NCBI GenBank assembly: GCA_037447435.1
Contig: JBBIGR010000019.1
Coordinates: forward strand, 45,469 to 75,295
Length of the DNA stretch: 29,827 nt
Direction of reading: 5' to 3'
Source: Fibrobacteria bacterium
GTDB taxonomy: Bacteria > Fibrobacterota > Chitinivibrionia > Chitinivibrionales > FEN-1185
In this document: positions 19,900 to 28,680 of the stretch, one piece after another
How positions within the stretch are numbered: position 1 is the stretch's first letter
How the letters are laid out: every line of letters starts with the position of its first letter
Notes under the pieces: generated by a model
Database searches by the model: none
What the model was told of the DNA's origin: nothing
The model's input: only the letters and a program-made list of their open reading frames with translations
Position numbers and translations under genes: made by a program

Positions 19900-20253
19900 T
19901 CAAAGTTCACGTGGTTCGGTAACAAGGTGAAGGCCGTTCAGAATTTCTCGCAAAAGAGACGGTGACAAATGTCCAATTTTATCTTTTAAATCCGATTTGT
20001 CTAATGTAATGACTTGGGTTACATTGGCAACACTGGTTTTAGGAAGGTTTGCGTCGCCTTTTTTTAATAGGACATTCCCTGGAATATTTGCCAGGCTTAC
20101 GTTGGAAGTCATAGCAACTGCAATAACGGTATTAATTCGACTGGCATTAAAAACATCATTTTGAATTATTACAAACGGACGACGATATCCGGGCTCAGAA
20201 CCACGAGGTTCATTTAGCTCGACCCAGAAAATATCACCTTGTTTGATTACCAT
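19900..20253 (-). CDS. mazF: PemK/MazF family endoribonuclease toxin
   Basis: KQGDIFWVEL..PRGSEPGYRRPFVIIQNDVFN, TSN, SVANVTQVITLDK. Confidence 0.93.
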   Translation of the reverse strand: MVIKQGDIFWVELNEPRGSEPGYRRPFVIIQNDVFNASRINTVIAVAMTSNVSLANIPGNVLLKKGDANLPKTSVANVTQVITLDKSDLKDKIGHLSPSLLREILNGLHLVTEPREL

Positions 20254-20495
20254 TTTTCAAGGACTTTTTTGGCAAAATAAGCTTTTTCATGTTTGTTCCG
20301 AAGCGAATCTTCACTGGAATTTGCAAATGCTGCGTTTATTTTATTTAAAAGCTCAAGGTTGCCGCTTCTATCCACCATATGACGTGCCGCCTGAGTAAAA
20401 AATTGGCTGCGGGAAATATGAAGTTTTTTAGCGAGTCGTTCTACTTGCAAAAAGGTTTTGGAATCAATGGATATTGCCGTTTTAATCGTTTTCAT
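20247..20495 (-). CDS. Ribbon-helix-helix antitoxin cognate to MazF
   Basis: 82 aa; KTAISI...VERLAKKLHISRSQFF RHH pattern; overlaps the toxin start. Confidence 0.85.
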   Translation of the reverse strand: MKTIKTAISIDSKTFLQVERLAKKLHISRSQFFTQAARHMVDRSGNLELLNKINAAFANSSEDSLRNKHEKAYFAKKVLEKW

Positions 20496-20516
20496 AATTG
20501 ATATCCCTTTAAAAAG

Positions 20517-20556
20517 TTATACCAATAGTATAATTTACTGAAAACCACTTTTGCAA
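20517..20556 (-). promoter_or_regulatory. Putative TA promoter with overlapping palindromic operator
   Basis: Minus strand: TTGCAA (20556-20551), 18 bp, TATACT (20532-20527). The palindrome TTATAC-N5-GTATAA at 20517-20533 covers the -10 box. Confidence 0.6.
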
Positions 20557-20588
20557 TTTTTTCCCTCAACGTCATTTCAAAAGTTTCC

Positions 20589-21500
20589 TTATTTAAAATA
20601 CCCGATGGAGGCGTATCCCACAACGCGTCCGGGCCCGCCGTATTGCGGGGCAGTGTCAAAGGATGTCCTTTCGTCAAGAAGCTGCGGCTTTAAGGACAGT
20701 TTTTTTGCGATATGCATGATCACCCGTATGGGTTTTTCTCCGCATGCGTCGATGAAACCGTTTTCATCGCCTTCCAGAATCGATTTAACGGACTTGGCGT
20801 CCGTTTCATGCGCCTGGTCGTTAGAGAGATAATGGGAAAAATCCGATGACGCCACGATGAGCGTCGTATCGTTGAGAAACGGCAGTATCGCGTCGGCAAC
20901 AAGTGCGGCTTCGACTTTTCCGGTCAGCATCGGAACTATGGTAAAAGAGGGAAGTATTTCCTGTAAAAAGGGGATTTGCACCTCGACGCTGTGCTCGGGA
21001 ACGTCGGCCTGGGGCACGGATGAGACAAACTGCTTTTTGCGCAGTTTGGCGATTATCTCTTTGTTAAGCGCGACGTTTCCCAGCGGCGTTTCGAAATAAT
21101 CGACATCGGGAACAGACACACCTTCGAACCAATGGTGATGCGACGGGCCGATGATGATGACCGTGCGAATGTTTTTTCCGATTGTGCCGTAGCCCATGGC
21201 GGCAACAGGGCCGGAAAAAACATAACCGGCATGCGGGGAAATAAGCATCGCAGGCGCATGCGGAAGTTTTTTGGCTTTTGACAGATACGACGATATTTCA
21301 TTTCGCAAATCCCCGGCATTGTTGGTATAGAATTGGCCGGCAACGGCGGGCTTTCGGATGCGCGCATTTTGTTGTGGAAAAACATCGGTTGTTGCCATAA
21401 AAAGCACTCCAATCGCAATCGGTAAAAAAAGGCATACGCGAAGAATTGCTCTGTTCATAATGGTTTTAAAATAATGCCGCGCGTTCGTTTCGACAAGCAA
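20589..21500 (-). CDS. amrB: AmmeMemoRadiSam system protein B (MEMO1 family) with N-terminal signal or anchor
   Basis: RKPAVAGQFY, SPHAGYVFSG, GPSHH, EHSVEVQIPFLQ, ASSDFSHY, ACG, VVGYAS. TTG start 5 nt after GGAGG (alternative ATG 21458). Confidence 0.93.
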   Translation of the reverse strand: MLVETNARHYFKTIMNRAILRVCLFLPIAIGVLFMATTDVFPQQNARIRKPAVAGQFYTNNAGDLRNEISSYLSKAKKLPHAPAMLISPHAGYVFSGPVAAMGYGTIGKNIRTVIIIGPSHHHWFEGVSVPDVDYFETPLGNVALNKEIIAKLRKKQFVSSVPQADVPEHSVEVQIPFLQEILPSFTIVPMLTGKVEAALVADAILPFLNDTTLIVASSDFSHYLSNDQAHETDAKSVKSILEGDENGFIDACGEKPIRVIMHIAKKLSLKPQLLDERTSFDTAPQYGGPGRVVGYASIGYFK

Positions 21501-21542
21501 AGCGACCTCCGCAAACCTTTCGCATAGTCGCGCAAGCGCATG

Positions 21543-22634
21543 CTACGCCCATAACCCCTTTATATCGGTTTTGCAATGCCCGCATTTGCCGTTGACAAGC
21601 GATTTGACCCCGGTGATAAGCCCGTTTCTTTCCACCAGCAATTTCCTGCAATGCGGACAATAGGTGTTCGAATCTATTTCCGCCACGTTGCCGACATAGA
21701 CATACGACAAACCTTCGGATTCGGCGATCGCCTTTGCCTTGAGCAGGACATCGCCGGGCGTCGGGTACAAATTTTGCAGCTTGTAAAGCGGGAAGAAGCG
21801 TGAAAAATGCAACGGAGTATCGGACCCCAGGTAATTCTTATGCCATTTGCACATGGCGCGTATCATGGCAACGTTGTCGGTCCAGGTCGGAACGATCAAA
21901 TTCGTGACTTCGACCCAAATCCCGTATTTTTTGGCATTGCATATGGTTTCCAAAACCGGTTTTAAAGTCGCGCCGTTTAGCTTGATGTAAATATTCTCCG
22001 AAAAACTTTTCAAATTGATATTTGCCGCATCGATGTACTGGGACAGTTCCCGAAGCGGCGAATCGTTGATGTATCCGGCGGTGATCCAGATGTTTTTCAA
22101 CCCTTCTTTTTTTGCAAGTTTCGCGGTTTCCAGAACATATTCGAACCACACCACCGGCTCGGAATAGGTATAGGCAATCGAAGTACAGCCCAGCCGTTTT
22201 GCTTCGGAAACAACCTTGTCGGGCGGTAAATAGACGGTTGCCGTGTCTTGGGGGAACTGCTGGCTTATGGTGTAGTTTTGGCAATTGAGGCAACGGAGAT
22301 TGCAGCCTGCAACGGCAATGGAAAAGCTCTTTGTTCCGGGCCAGCAATGGAAAATCGGTTTCTTTTCTATGGGGTCTATATGCACGGCGCAGGGGTTGGC
22401 GTATGCGTTGTTGACAAGTGTTCCGTTGCGGTTCTGGCGGGTCCGGCATACGCCGGTTTTCCCGTTTGCCAAAACGCAGCGGTTGGGGCAAAGCTCGCAT
22501 CCCACCGCCTCGCCCATATTGTTCCAATACAGCGCAGTAACGCCTTGGCGCGGAGACGATAATACACTCTTCGGCAATGCCTGCGCTAATGCCATTGCCG
22601 TTGCCGATTTAAGAATGGTGCGTCTGGTTATCAT
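21543..22634 (-). CDS. amrS: AmmeMemoRadiSam system radical SAM enzyme with twin-arginine-like leader
   Basis: CELCPNRC, GVCRTRQN, IDPIEKKP, CxxxCxxC = CNLRCLNC, IAYTYSEP, PLHFSRFFP, YVYVGNV, CPHC..CGHC; N-terminus MITRRTILK. Confidence 0.94.
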   Translation of the reverse strand: MITRRTILKSATAMALAQALPKSVLSSPRQGVTALYWNNMGEAVGCELCPNRCVLANGKTGVCRTRQNRNGTLVNNAYANPCAVHIDPIEKKPIFHCWPGTKSFSIAVAGCNLRCLNCQNYTISQQFPQDTATVYLPPDKVVSEAKRLGCTSIAYTYSEPVVWFEYVLETAKLAKKEGLKNIWITAGYINDSPLRELSQYIDAANINLKSFSENIYIKLNGATLKPVLETICNAKKYGIWVEVTNLIVPTWTDNVAMIRAMCKWHKNYLGSDTPLHFSRFFPLYKLQNLYPTPGDVLLKAKAIAESEGLSYVYVGNVAEIDSNTYCPHCRKLLVERNGLITGVKSLVNGKCGHCKTDIKGLWA

Positions 22635-22716
22635 ATGCCGGTATTACGGGTTCTTGGGGCAAAAATTTTAAAAATCACACCATATACCCCATATCCGCAA
22701 AAAGCTTCAATAGATC

Positions 22717-23106
22717 TTATTTTGCCGTCGATTTATTCAGGGCAGCAGCGGCTTTTATAAGAGTCTTGAAAGCATCTTTATCGATTTCATCACCGTCATG
22801 GATATCGATGGCGCGCCTGGTTTTGCCTTCGAGGCTGGAATTGAACAGTCCCGACGGATCTTTAAGCGAAGCGCCCTTTGGGAAAGTCAGTTTAACCGCG
22901 TTTTTGTATGTTTCACCGGTGCAGATCTGCCCATCGTGGGCCCAAACCGGGACATTCCATTTCCAGTCTTCAACCGCATCAGGGTCTGCCTGCTTGATGA
23001 GGGCCCGGACATTGGAAAGCGTTTTGCCTCTCCAGTCGCCGAGTTCCTTGATCCTCGCGTCGATCATCTGAGAAGGGGTATCGCCCTTGGTTTCGCTTTT
23101 ATTCAT
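22717..23106 (-). CDS. DUF1801 (YdhG-like) domain protein
   Basis: IDARIKELGDWRG..L..VRALI, WKWNVPVW, CTGETYK..VKLTF.KGASL.DPSGLFNSSLEG. Confidence 0.88.
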   Translation of the reverse strand: MNKSETKGDTPSQMIDARIKELGDWRGKTLSNVRALIKQADPDAVEDWKWNVPVWAHDGQICTGETYKNAVKLTFPKGASLKDPSGLFNSSLEGKTRRAIDIHDGDEIDKDAFKTLIKAAAALNKSTAK

Positions 23107-23326
23107 ATCATATACCTCATTGGTTAATGCGTTGCTTCACCAATAAATTAAATCCATACTTTGCTCTGCTGCATTTTTTTGTTTTGCGGATTAAACGATA
23201 TGAATATTTACGAATTACCTACCGACAATATTTTCCGGTATCTGGAAAGAGGTGACTTAACATTCTCTTCGTGCAATTTTCAATAATGGTACGAGAGGCA
23301 TCCGTCTTTGAAGAGCTTAGGGCAAT

Positions 23327-24421
23327 CTACTCCACGACGATTTGTCGCATTGCGCTGCCAATACTCGTCTCGAGAGTGCACATATAAATTCCTTTGGCGA
23401 GCCGGTAAGAGGCGAGGTCGATGCGATATGTGCCAAGAGATCGATCTCCGTTTATAACCGAAAGGATTTTGCGTCCGCGGGAATCGTAAAGCGAAAGCGT
23501 GACGTGCGCATTGCTTTTCAAAGCATAATTCAAAACGCTCCCCGATACCGACACGAACAAATCGCGCTCGAACTTAATGGGCGCGGCATGCGGGAGAACG
23601 GGCGAAGCGCCGCGTTTGTAAACATGCACCCAATCAACAAGCATGCTCTGCGGAAAAACCGTATTGTTGTCCGGCATTCCGCCCCAATTGCCGCCGACAA
23701 CGAGATCCAAAATCAAGAAGAACTGTTTATCGAACGGCTTTGGAAAGGAAACGTTATTGGGCGACCATTGGCTTATTGTGCCGTAATTGTTGCTGTCGAG
23801 ATAGAAGGTGAATGAGAGCGAGTCCCATATCATCGTGTATACGTGGAACGAATCCGACAAGGTTGCGTTTGCGGGCGCATTGGTGGTTTTTTGCAGAGAT
23901 TGATTGCCCGATCCAAAATGAATGGTGGTATAGTCCAGTCGCGTATTTGCTCCCAGATTTTCCATAATATCAATTTCACCGCTGCTGGGCCAGCCGCCGT
24001 ATGCCGATTGAACCGGCATCAACCAAATGGCCGGCCACATGCCTTTACCGGCAGGGAGCTTTGCGCGCACGTCGATACGGCAATAGCACCACGAAGCCTT
24101 GTTTCGCGTCGAAACTTGCGAGGATGAATAAGGCTGGCCGTTGTAATTTTCTTTTTGCGCCTGCAAAGCCAGGCAGCCGTTTGCCACGAAAAGGTTTTGC
24201 GGGCGGCTGGAATAACTCGTCGACCCATGGTCGCCTTCCTGAAGTTCCAATCCCCATTTTGAATTATCGACTGCGTTGCCGTCGAATTCATCCGACCACA
24301 CGAGATTCCACCCTGCCAAAGACTGGGCCAATGAATCCATAGTGAAAACGGAAATAAATAAACACGCCATAAACAAGACTGCGATGGTTACTTTAGCGTT
24401 TAAATATAATTTTTTAAACAT
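23327..24421 (-). CDS. Secreted GH16 beta-1,3-glucanase/laminarinase-like enzyme with C-terminal sorting domain
   Basis: Signal peptide; WNLVWSDEF, GMWPAIWL, catalytic GEIDIME, FHVY, DWVHVY. The C-terminal LYDSRGRKI...LAKGIY resembles a T9SS type-A CTD. Confidence 0.9.
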   Translation of the reverse strand: MFKKLYLNAKVTIAVLFMACLFISVFTMDSLAQSLAGWNLVWSDEFDGNAVDNSKWGLELQEGDHGSTSYSSRPQNLFVANGCLALQAQKENYNGQPYSSSQVSTRNKASWCYCRIDVRAKLPAGKGMWPAIWLMPVQSAYGGWPSSGEIDIMENLGANTRLDYTTIHFGSGNQSLQKTTNAPANATLSDSFHVYTMIWDSLSFTFYLDSNNYGTISQWSPNNVSFPKPFDKQFFLILDLVVGGNWGGMPDNNTVFPQSMLVDWVHVYKRGASPVLPHAAPIKFERDLFVSVSGSVLNYALKSNAHVTLSLYDSRGRKILSVINGDRSLGTYRIDLASYRLAKGIYMCTLETSIGSAMRQIVVE

Positions 24422-24436
24422 ATAATCCTCATTTTA

Positions 24437-24519
24437 GGTTAGTACCTATATCTGAATTGTCTACACGACCCCGCGTAGATAATAAAATCAGTTTAATCTA
24501 TCCAGTTGCGAAGCAACTG
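24437..24519 (-). repeat. Diverged third copy of the two-hairpin element found upstream of pfkA
   Basis: Minus strand: CAGTTGC-TTC-GCAACTG GATA..AT-rich..TCTACGCG-GGGT-CGTGTAGA C AATTCAGATATAGGTACTAAC, compared with AATTCAGATTTGGTACTAAC at 10251-10270. Confidence 0.65.
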
Positions 24520-24591
24520 ATTGGCGATATATGAAACAATATAAGGATACTACCGGGAATTACTCTGTTTTCCTTCTGCACGAACCAATGA

Positions 24592-24613
24592 CCGTGGAAC
24601 TACAGTTCCACGG
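24592..24613. repeat. REP-like perfect hairpin
   Basis: CCGTGGAAC-TACA-GTTCCACGG. Confidence 0.55.
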
Positions 24614-24641
24614 CAAAAGGTATCGGAAGCAAATTATTTTT

Positions 24642-24676
24642 GGATCGCGATGGTCAAAGAAGCAGCTTGTTTTTGT
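24642..24676 (+). repeat. 35-bp direct repeat, left copy
   Basis: GGATCGCGATGGTCAAAGAAGCAGCTTGTTTTTGT, identical to 29376-29410. Confidence 0.92.
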
Positions 24677-24769
24677 TCGACACGAACATCGTTATCCTGC
24701 AAAAACTTCTGCCTTTCGATTTGCTGATTGAAGGGGTTTACCTCAATTTGATTCACATCGAACCGACTG

Positions 24770-26032
24770 CTACGGTCTGTCCCAGATTACTTGAATTTGA
24801 TTGCCAAAGACATCAAGGTAACCCATCAGGATATTCAAAACGCTGTTCCATTTAATCGACTGATCTGTCAACATGTCTTCAGTAGTTTCGGGCGATAAAT
24901 TATAGACGCTGTATTTTTGTACGCCCGGCGGCCCATTTCCTATATCTATGCCGATCTGCATACCGATATTCAAAATTGAAACTTTGGGATCTATTGTAGT
25001 GGAGCCGTCGCTCAACCGATATTCCCAGGTAATCATATGGATGGTGCTGTCGCTGTTCAGGATTACAGTCGGCACCGGTATCGGCAAATATTTTGTGATC
25101 TCCGCTTGGCTTGGCATGGTAAAAGTGAGCGTCTTTGTCTTATATCGAACAACGTATGTGCCGGGCGGAGGAATGGAGGGGTTCGTAATAAACGGCGCGC
25201 AATAAGAGCGACTCTCGGGAGGCCCGAAACTCTGCGTCAGCCAGCTTGTTGCCGATTCAATTCCGGAACCGGCTGGTCCGTTGAAGTACACTGAGTCAGG
25301 GTAATTCATGTCAGGGTCTGTTATCTTTACTTCGAATATGTAGGAATTAATGACAACGGGATTGGCAAGCGTGGGTGTAAGTTTGGTTCCAAAATTACCG
25401 GCATTAATGGGATATCTCATGGTATACCGATAAAATTTTCCGGCTGCTACATCGACAATGCCGTCGCCATCGACGTCCGGTGATTTTACCACAGATCCCA
25501 TCGATCCGTTGCTGAAAACATATGAAGTAATATCGCTTGCAGTCATAGGGATTTCCGCGCCGATGGGGTTGTGCCCGGGTTCAATTATGTTTCCCGCGGC
25601 TGCCAGAGTCTGAAGATCGATTGAACTCACATTCGAATCGGCCAAAGTAAGGGGAATGGATTCAAAACCATTTCCAAGGCTCAGATAGCCCAGATTGTTT
25701 CCGTTTGTGCCGACAAATAGCAAGGCGATCGGCTGCAGGCGGTTTACAACTACGTTAAAGCTGCCGCCTGTCACTGTTGATATCATGAAACCATCCGTAC
25801 CGCAAAATGCGATTACATTCGCAACCTGTGATGGATCAAGGGCGCCGGTACGTGCTTCTGCGGAAGCAGCCGATATCTTTCCTGCGAGTCCGGCCTTTTT
25901 TTGCAAGGCGGGAAATACGCCCTTCATTGTAATCGAGTTACGGCTATTTGATGAGGGAGAAGTGGGGCCTTTCGTACAGAACAACGTAGCAAAAGCGCAT
26001 AGGGACAAAACAATTGCTGCTCTTGCTTTCAT
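24770..26032 (-). CDS. Hypothetical lipoprotein
   Basis: 420 aa; MKARAAIVLSLCAFATLF-C followed by a Ser/Pro linker; internal DVDGDGIVD Ca-binding-like motif; SD GGAG. Confidence 0.75.
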   Translation of the reverse strand: MKARAAIVLSLCAFATLFCTKGPTSPSSNSRNSITMKGVFPALQKKAGLAGKISAASAEARTGALDPSQVANVIAFCGTDGFMISTVTGGSFNVVVNRLQPIALLFVGTNGNNLGYLSLGNGFESIPLTLADSNVSSIDLQTLAAAGNIIEPGHNPIGAEIPMTASDITSYVFSNGSMGSVVKSPDVDGDGIVDVAAGKFYRYTMRYPINAGNFGTKLTPTLANPVVINSYIFEVKITDPDMNYPDSVYFNGPAGSGIESATSWLTQSFGPPESRSYCAPFITNPSIPPPGTYVVRYKTKTLTFTMPSQAEITKYLPIPVPTVILNSDSTIHMITWEYRLSDGSTTIDPKVSILNIGMQIGIDIGNGPPGVQKYSVYNLSPETTEDMLTDQSIKWNSVLNILMGYLDVFGNQIQVIWDRP

Positions 26033-26139
26033 AAATGCTCCAATGTCTATTTACACATGCATTCCAGTGAGAGGCTTTCGCCAGGACTTTTGCCTCGGAA
26101 TCAGGAACAGGAAATCTTCCCAAGAGTTCGAATCACTTG

Positions 26140-27174
26140 CTATCGTTTACCTTTGCCGATTATCAGATTCCCATTAATCAGCTTTCGTTTCAGGACAATA
26201 TTTCCTTTTATAGAAACCGCTGCGATTTTTCTACCGAGAATGTCATAAGAACATCCGCTAAATCCAATATTAGATCGTGCCAAATATGAAGAACGGGGTA
26301 AAATGGCGACATTTTTCGGGGCTAAAGTAATCCCTGCGTCCGGGAAATAGCCTTGCAAAAAGGTCCATTGCAGGGTTATCGCGGTATCGGTGAGCGGAAG
26401 CGCCCATGTTTCGCCAAGCGAGATTTCCTTTTTTATGGAATCGCAATGTTCCTGAATATAAAGCGTTTCCAAGACTTCCGAATTCTGGCCATACGATATT
26501 GAAAGACCGATTGATGGGCCGTATAACCGGCAAAGAATATCTGCATAATTCGAACCTTGACATTCGAACCAAAACGAATATCCGTAACGGTCCGGACTTA
26601 CAATAGGCGCTTTGTTCACAATGTCGCGGCAATTAACGAGTGGAAGACTTTCTTCGTATATATGGAACTTTGTGAGAGTGTCCAAATGCATGGCAATAGT
26701 ATCGTTGCTGAAAACATAATGCCTTTGGGAGGGAAAAGTAAATAAAGTCAGGAGTGCGCCGGTTGATTTTACGGAGTCAAGCCGCACGGTCCATGTCGGC
26801 GCATTATAACGGCCAAAATATAAAAGGCTTGCTCTAGACGACAAATATGCCGGTGGAAAAACACCGTCAAGGAATGTGCAAGTGACGGAATTGCCGACGG
26901 TATCGATTTTTTTCAGTATAAGCGCGGCGGAATCGGTATAAATGGTATCTTGCACCTTATAGATCCATGCCGAGCGAAATGTTGCGGCACCGTTGACACG
27001 CATATATGCGCCCAAGCTTTCGTTCACCATCGCATGCCCGGAATAATAAACGTAGCAGTTGCGACAGGGGTAGCTTAACGTGGAGGATATTACTACCGTG
27101 CTGTCGGCAAATGCGAAGGCGGCAAGAAAAATCGAAACGATAATAAAGAGCTTTGGGCGCGACATTGTTCTCAT
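26140..27174 (-). CDS. Hypothetical secreted protein with short basic C-terminal sorting-like tail
   Basis: Signal peptide ending AFAFA-DS; C-terminal YDILGRKI followed by a Lys-rich tail. Start taken at ATG 27174, just after the upstream stop. Confidence 0.7.
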   Translation of the reverse strand: MRTMSRPKLFIIVSIFLAAFAFADSTVVISSTLSYPCRNCYVYYSGHAMVNESLGAYMRVNGAATFRSAWIYKVQDTIYTDSAALILKKIDTVGNSVTCTFLDGVFPPAYLSSRASLLYFGRYNAPTWTVRLDSVKSTGALLTLFTFPSQRHYVFSNDTIAMHLDTLTKFHIYEESLPLVNCRDIVNKAPIVSPDRYGYSFWFECQGSNYADILCRLYGPSIGLSISYGQNSEVLETLYIQEHCDSIKKEISLGETWALPLTDTAITLQWTFLQGYFPDAGITLAPKNVAILPRSSYLARSNIGFSGCSYDILGRKIAAVSIKGNIVLKRKLINGNLIIGKGKR

Positions 27175-27178
27175 TTTA

Positions 27179-28027
27179 TTAAAGTGTAAAGCTGTGGCTC
27201 TTAAATGCCCGGTCAACGACCGGCATTGCTAAAAAGGACGGCAATCCTAACTTGCCGATTGCCGCCTTGCAAAACGCCAATGGTTCGGTTTCAATCCCGA
27301 CGTATGATTCTTTTACCGCCGCATCAATTTTGAGCATGTATGCTTCGCCCTCGCTAATAATAGTATTAATCTCTGTGTTATTATAAAGCGGCGGCGTCCA
27401 GGATGTAAGCAGAGTGGAATAGGTATCGTTAGCTTTTATAGATCTTAGCGATTTCAATAAATCCCGATAGTTGTCATAATTCGGAATATCGTCTTTCAAA
27501 GGAATAGAATCTGCCGTAAAGAGGATTTTGTCCTCTTTGAAAAAGATATTTACGGATCCTTTAGAATGTCCGGGAGCGTGCAGTATGTCTATGGTAACAT
27601 GCTGTGCTATTTTTAATGTCTGCCCATCGTCAATCGTATTGTCAATTACAATTGAATGGTCGACAAGGGAGAAAAAGCCGGGAATCGGTCTCTCCCTATT
27701 CTGGAGTTCAATATTTTCGATCCAGCTCGCCTCGCCGTTGTGGGCAACCACGTTGCAATTAGTCTCTTCTTTTATTTTATAAGCAGCCCCAATATGGTCG
27801 GGATGAGAGTGTGATAAAATAACCGTTTTTATATCGGATACGGATCTCCGGTTTTGTTCAATGTAGCGAAAAATAATTTCTTCACTGCCTTTTACGCCTG
27901 TATCAATTAACGTGATTTTATCGCCAAAGATAATAATTGAGTTTACAAACCGCTTTAGCTTTTTTTCCGGACTCAAAGGTATTTCAAAATCGATCCTCAA
28001 CAAATGTATTTTGTCCGTCAGTTTCAT
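27179..28027 (-). CDS. Metallo-beta-lactamase-fold hydrolase
   Basis: LIDTG, SHSHPDHIG (HxHxDH), APGHSKG, LFTADS. Confidence 0.88.
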   Translation of the reverse strand: MKLTDKIHLLRIDFEIPLSPEKKLKRFVNSIIIFGDKITLIDTGVKGSEEIIFRYIEQNRRSVSDIKTVILSHSHPDHIGAAYKIKEETNCNVVAHNGEASWIENIELQNRERPIPGFFSLVDHSIVIDNTIDDGQTLKIAQHVTIDILHAPGHSKGSVNIFFKEDKILFTADSIPLKDDIPNYDNYRDLLKSLRSIKANDTYSTLLTSWTPPLYNNTEINTIISEGEAYMLKIDAAVKESYVGIETEPLAFCKAAIGKLGLPSFLAMPVVDRAFKSHSFTL

Positions 28028-28085
28028 ATTTTCTTTCCTTTTGCCCCTTCATGAAAATCTTCGCGTGCGCGTGAGCCATGGCATT

Positions 28086-28676
28086 TCAAATGGTTTCCAT
28101 CTCACACGGTGAAAATATAATCTTTTTATCAAGATGCCTGATTGTTTTAGCAAATTCATTTGGAGTCCAGCCCCACCAAGATCTGAAGCAATGACAAAAA
28201 TGTGATTGATCAAAAAAACCTGCCTCAACTGCCGCTTGTGCCTGCGAATATCCCCTTGAGAGCAGCTCCGTTGCAATAAGCACCTTTTTTTGCCTGAACA
28301 ATCGCGCCGGCGGCAAACCAAATTTCTCTTTGAATATTCTGATTTTATGTCTCCTAGAATAATTGCTTCGTATGATTTTTTCTATTATCGAATTCTCCGG
28401 TTCTTTTTCTTTCAGGCTAAAAATAAGAGCTTCTGTCTGATTCAGTCCCTTTATTGCTTTGTGTGGGCAATTCGGTGGAATTATGTAGTATTGCTTTTCC
28501 TTTACCGAAATGAGTGTATTTTTCAAAACTATTTTTCTCTCGCCTTTAAGAACTATGCCTAAAGTCCAACTACGGTGAGTATGAACAACAGTTTCCGAAT
28601 CAATTCTATTTGTATGCAATGCAATTAGGGAGTCGTTAAGGTGAAAAAAACGCCCCCAATTATTTCTTTCGGGCAT
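28086..28676 (-). CDS. Short AraC-family transcriptional regulator
   Basis: N-terminal cupin-like HTH...IPPNCPH; C-terminal FKEKFGLPP...AAVEAGFFDQSHF...F....GWTP. Confidence 0.82.
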   Translation of the reverse strand: MPERNNWGRFFHLNDSLIALHTNRIDSETVVHTHRSWTLGIVLKGERKIVLKNTLISVKEKQYYIIPPNCPHKAIKGLNQTEALIFSLKEKEPENSIIEKIIRSNYSRRHKIRIFKEKFGLPPARLFRQKKVLIATELLSRGYSQAQAAVEAGFFDQSHFCHCFRSWWGWTPNEFAKTIRHLDKKIIFSPCEMETI

Positions 28677-28680
28677 ATGA

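Noticed and set aside
24531..24855. Small plus-strand ORFs (66 and 71 aa)
   Set aside because: They have no SD or recognisable motifs and span a hairpin and the direct repeat.
26121..26139. tRNA T-arm-like CAAGAGTTCGAATCACTTG
   Set aside because: The stem has a mismatch and there is no D-arm, anticodon arm or acceptor stem around it.
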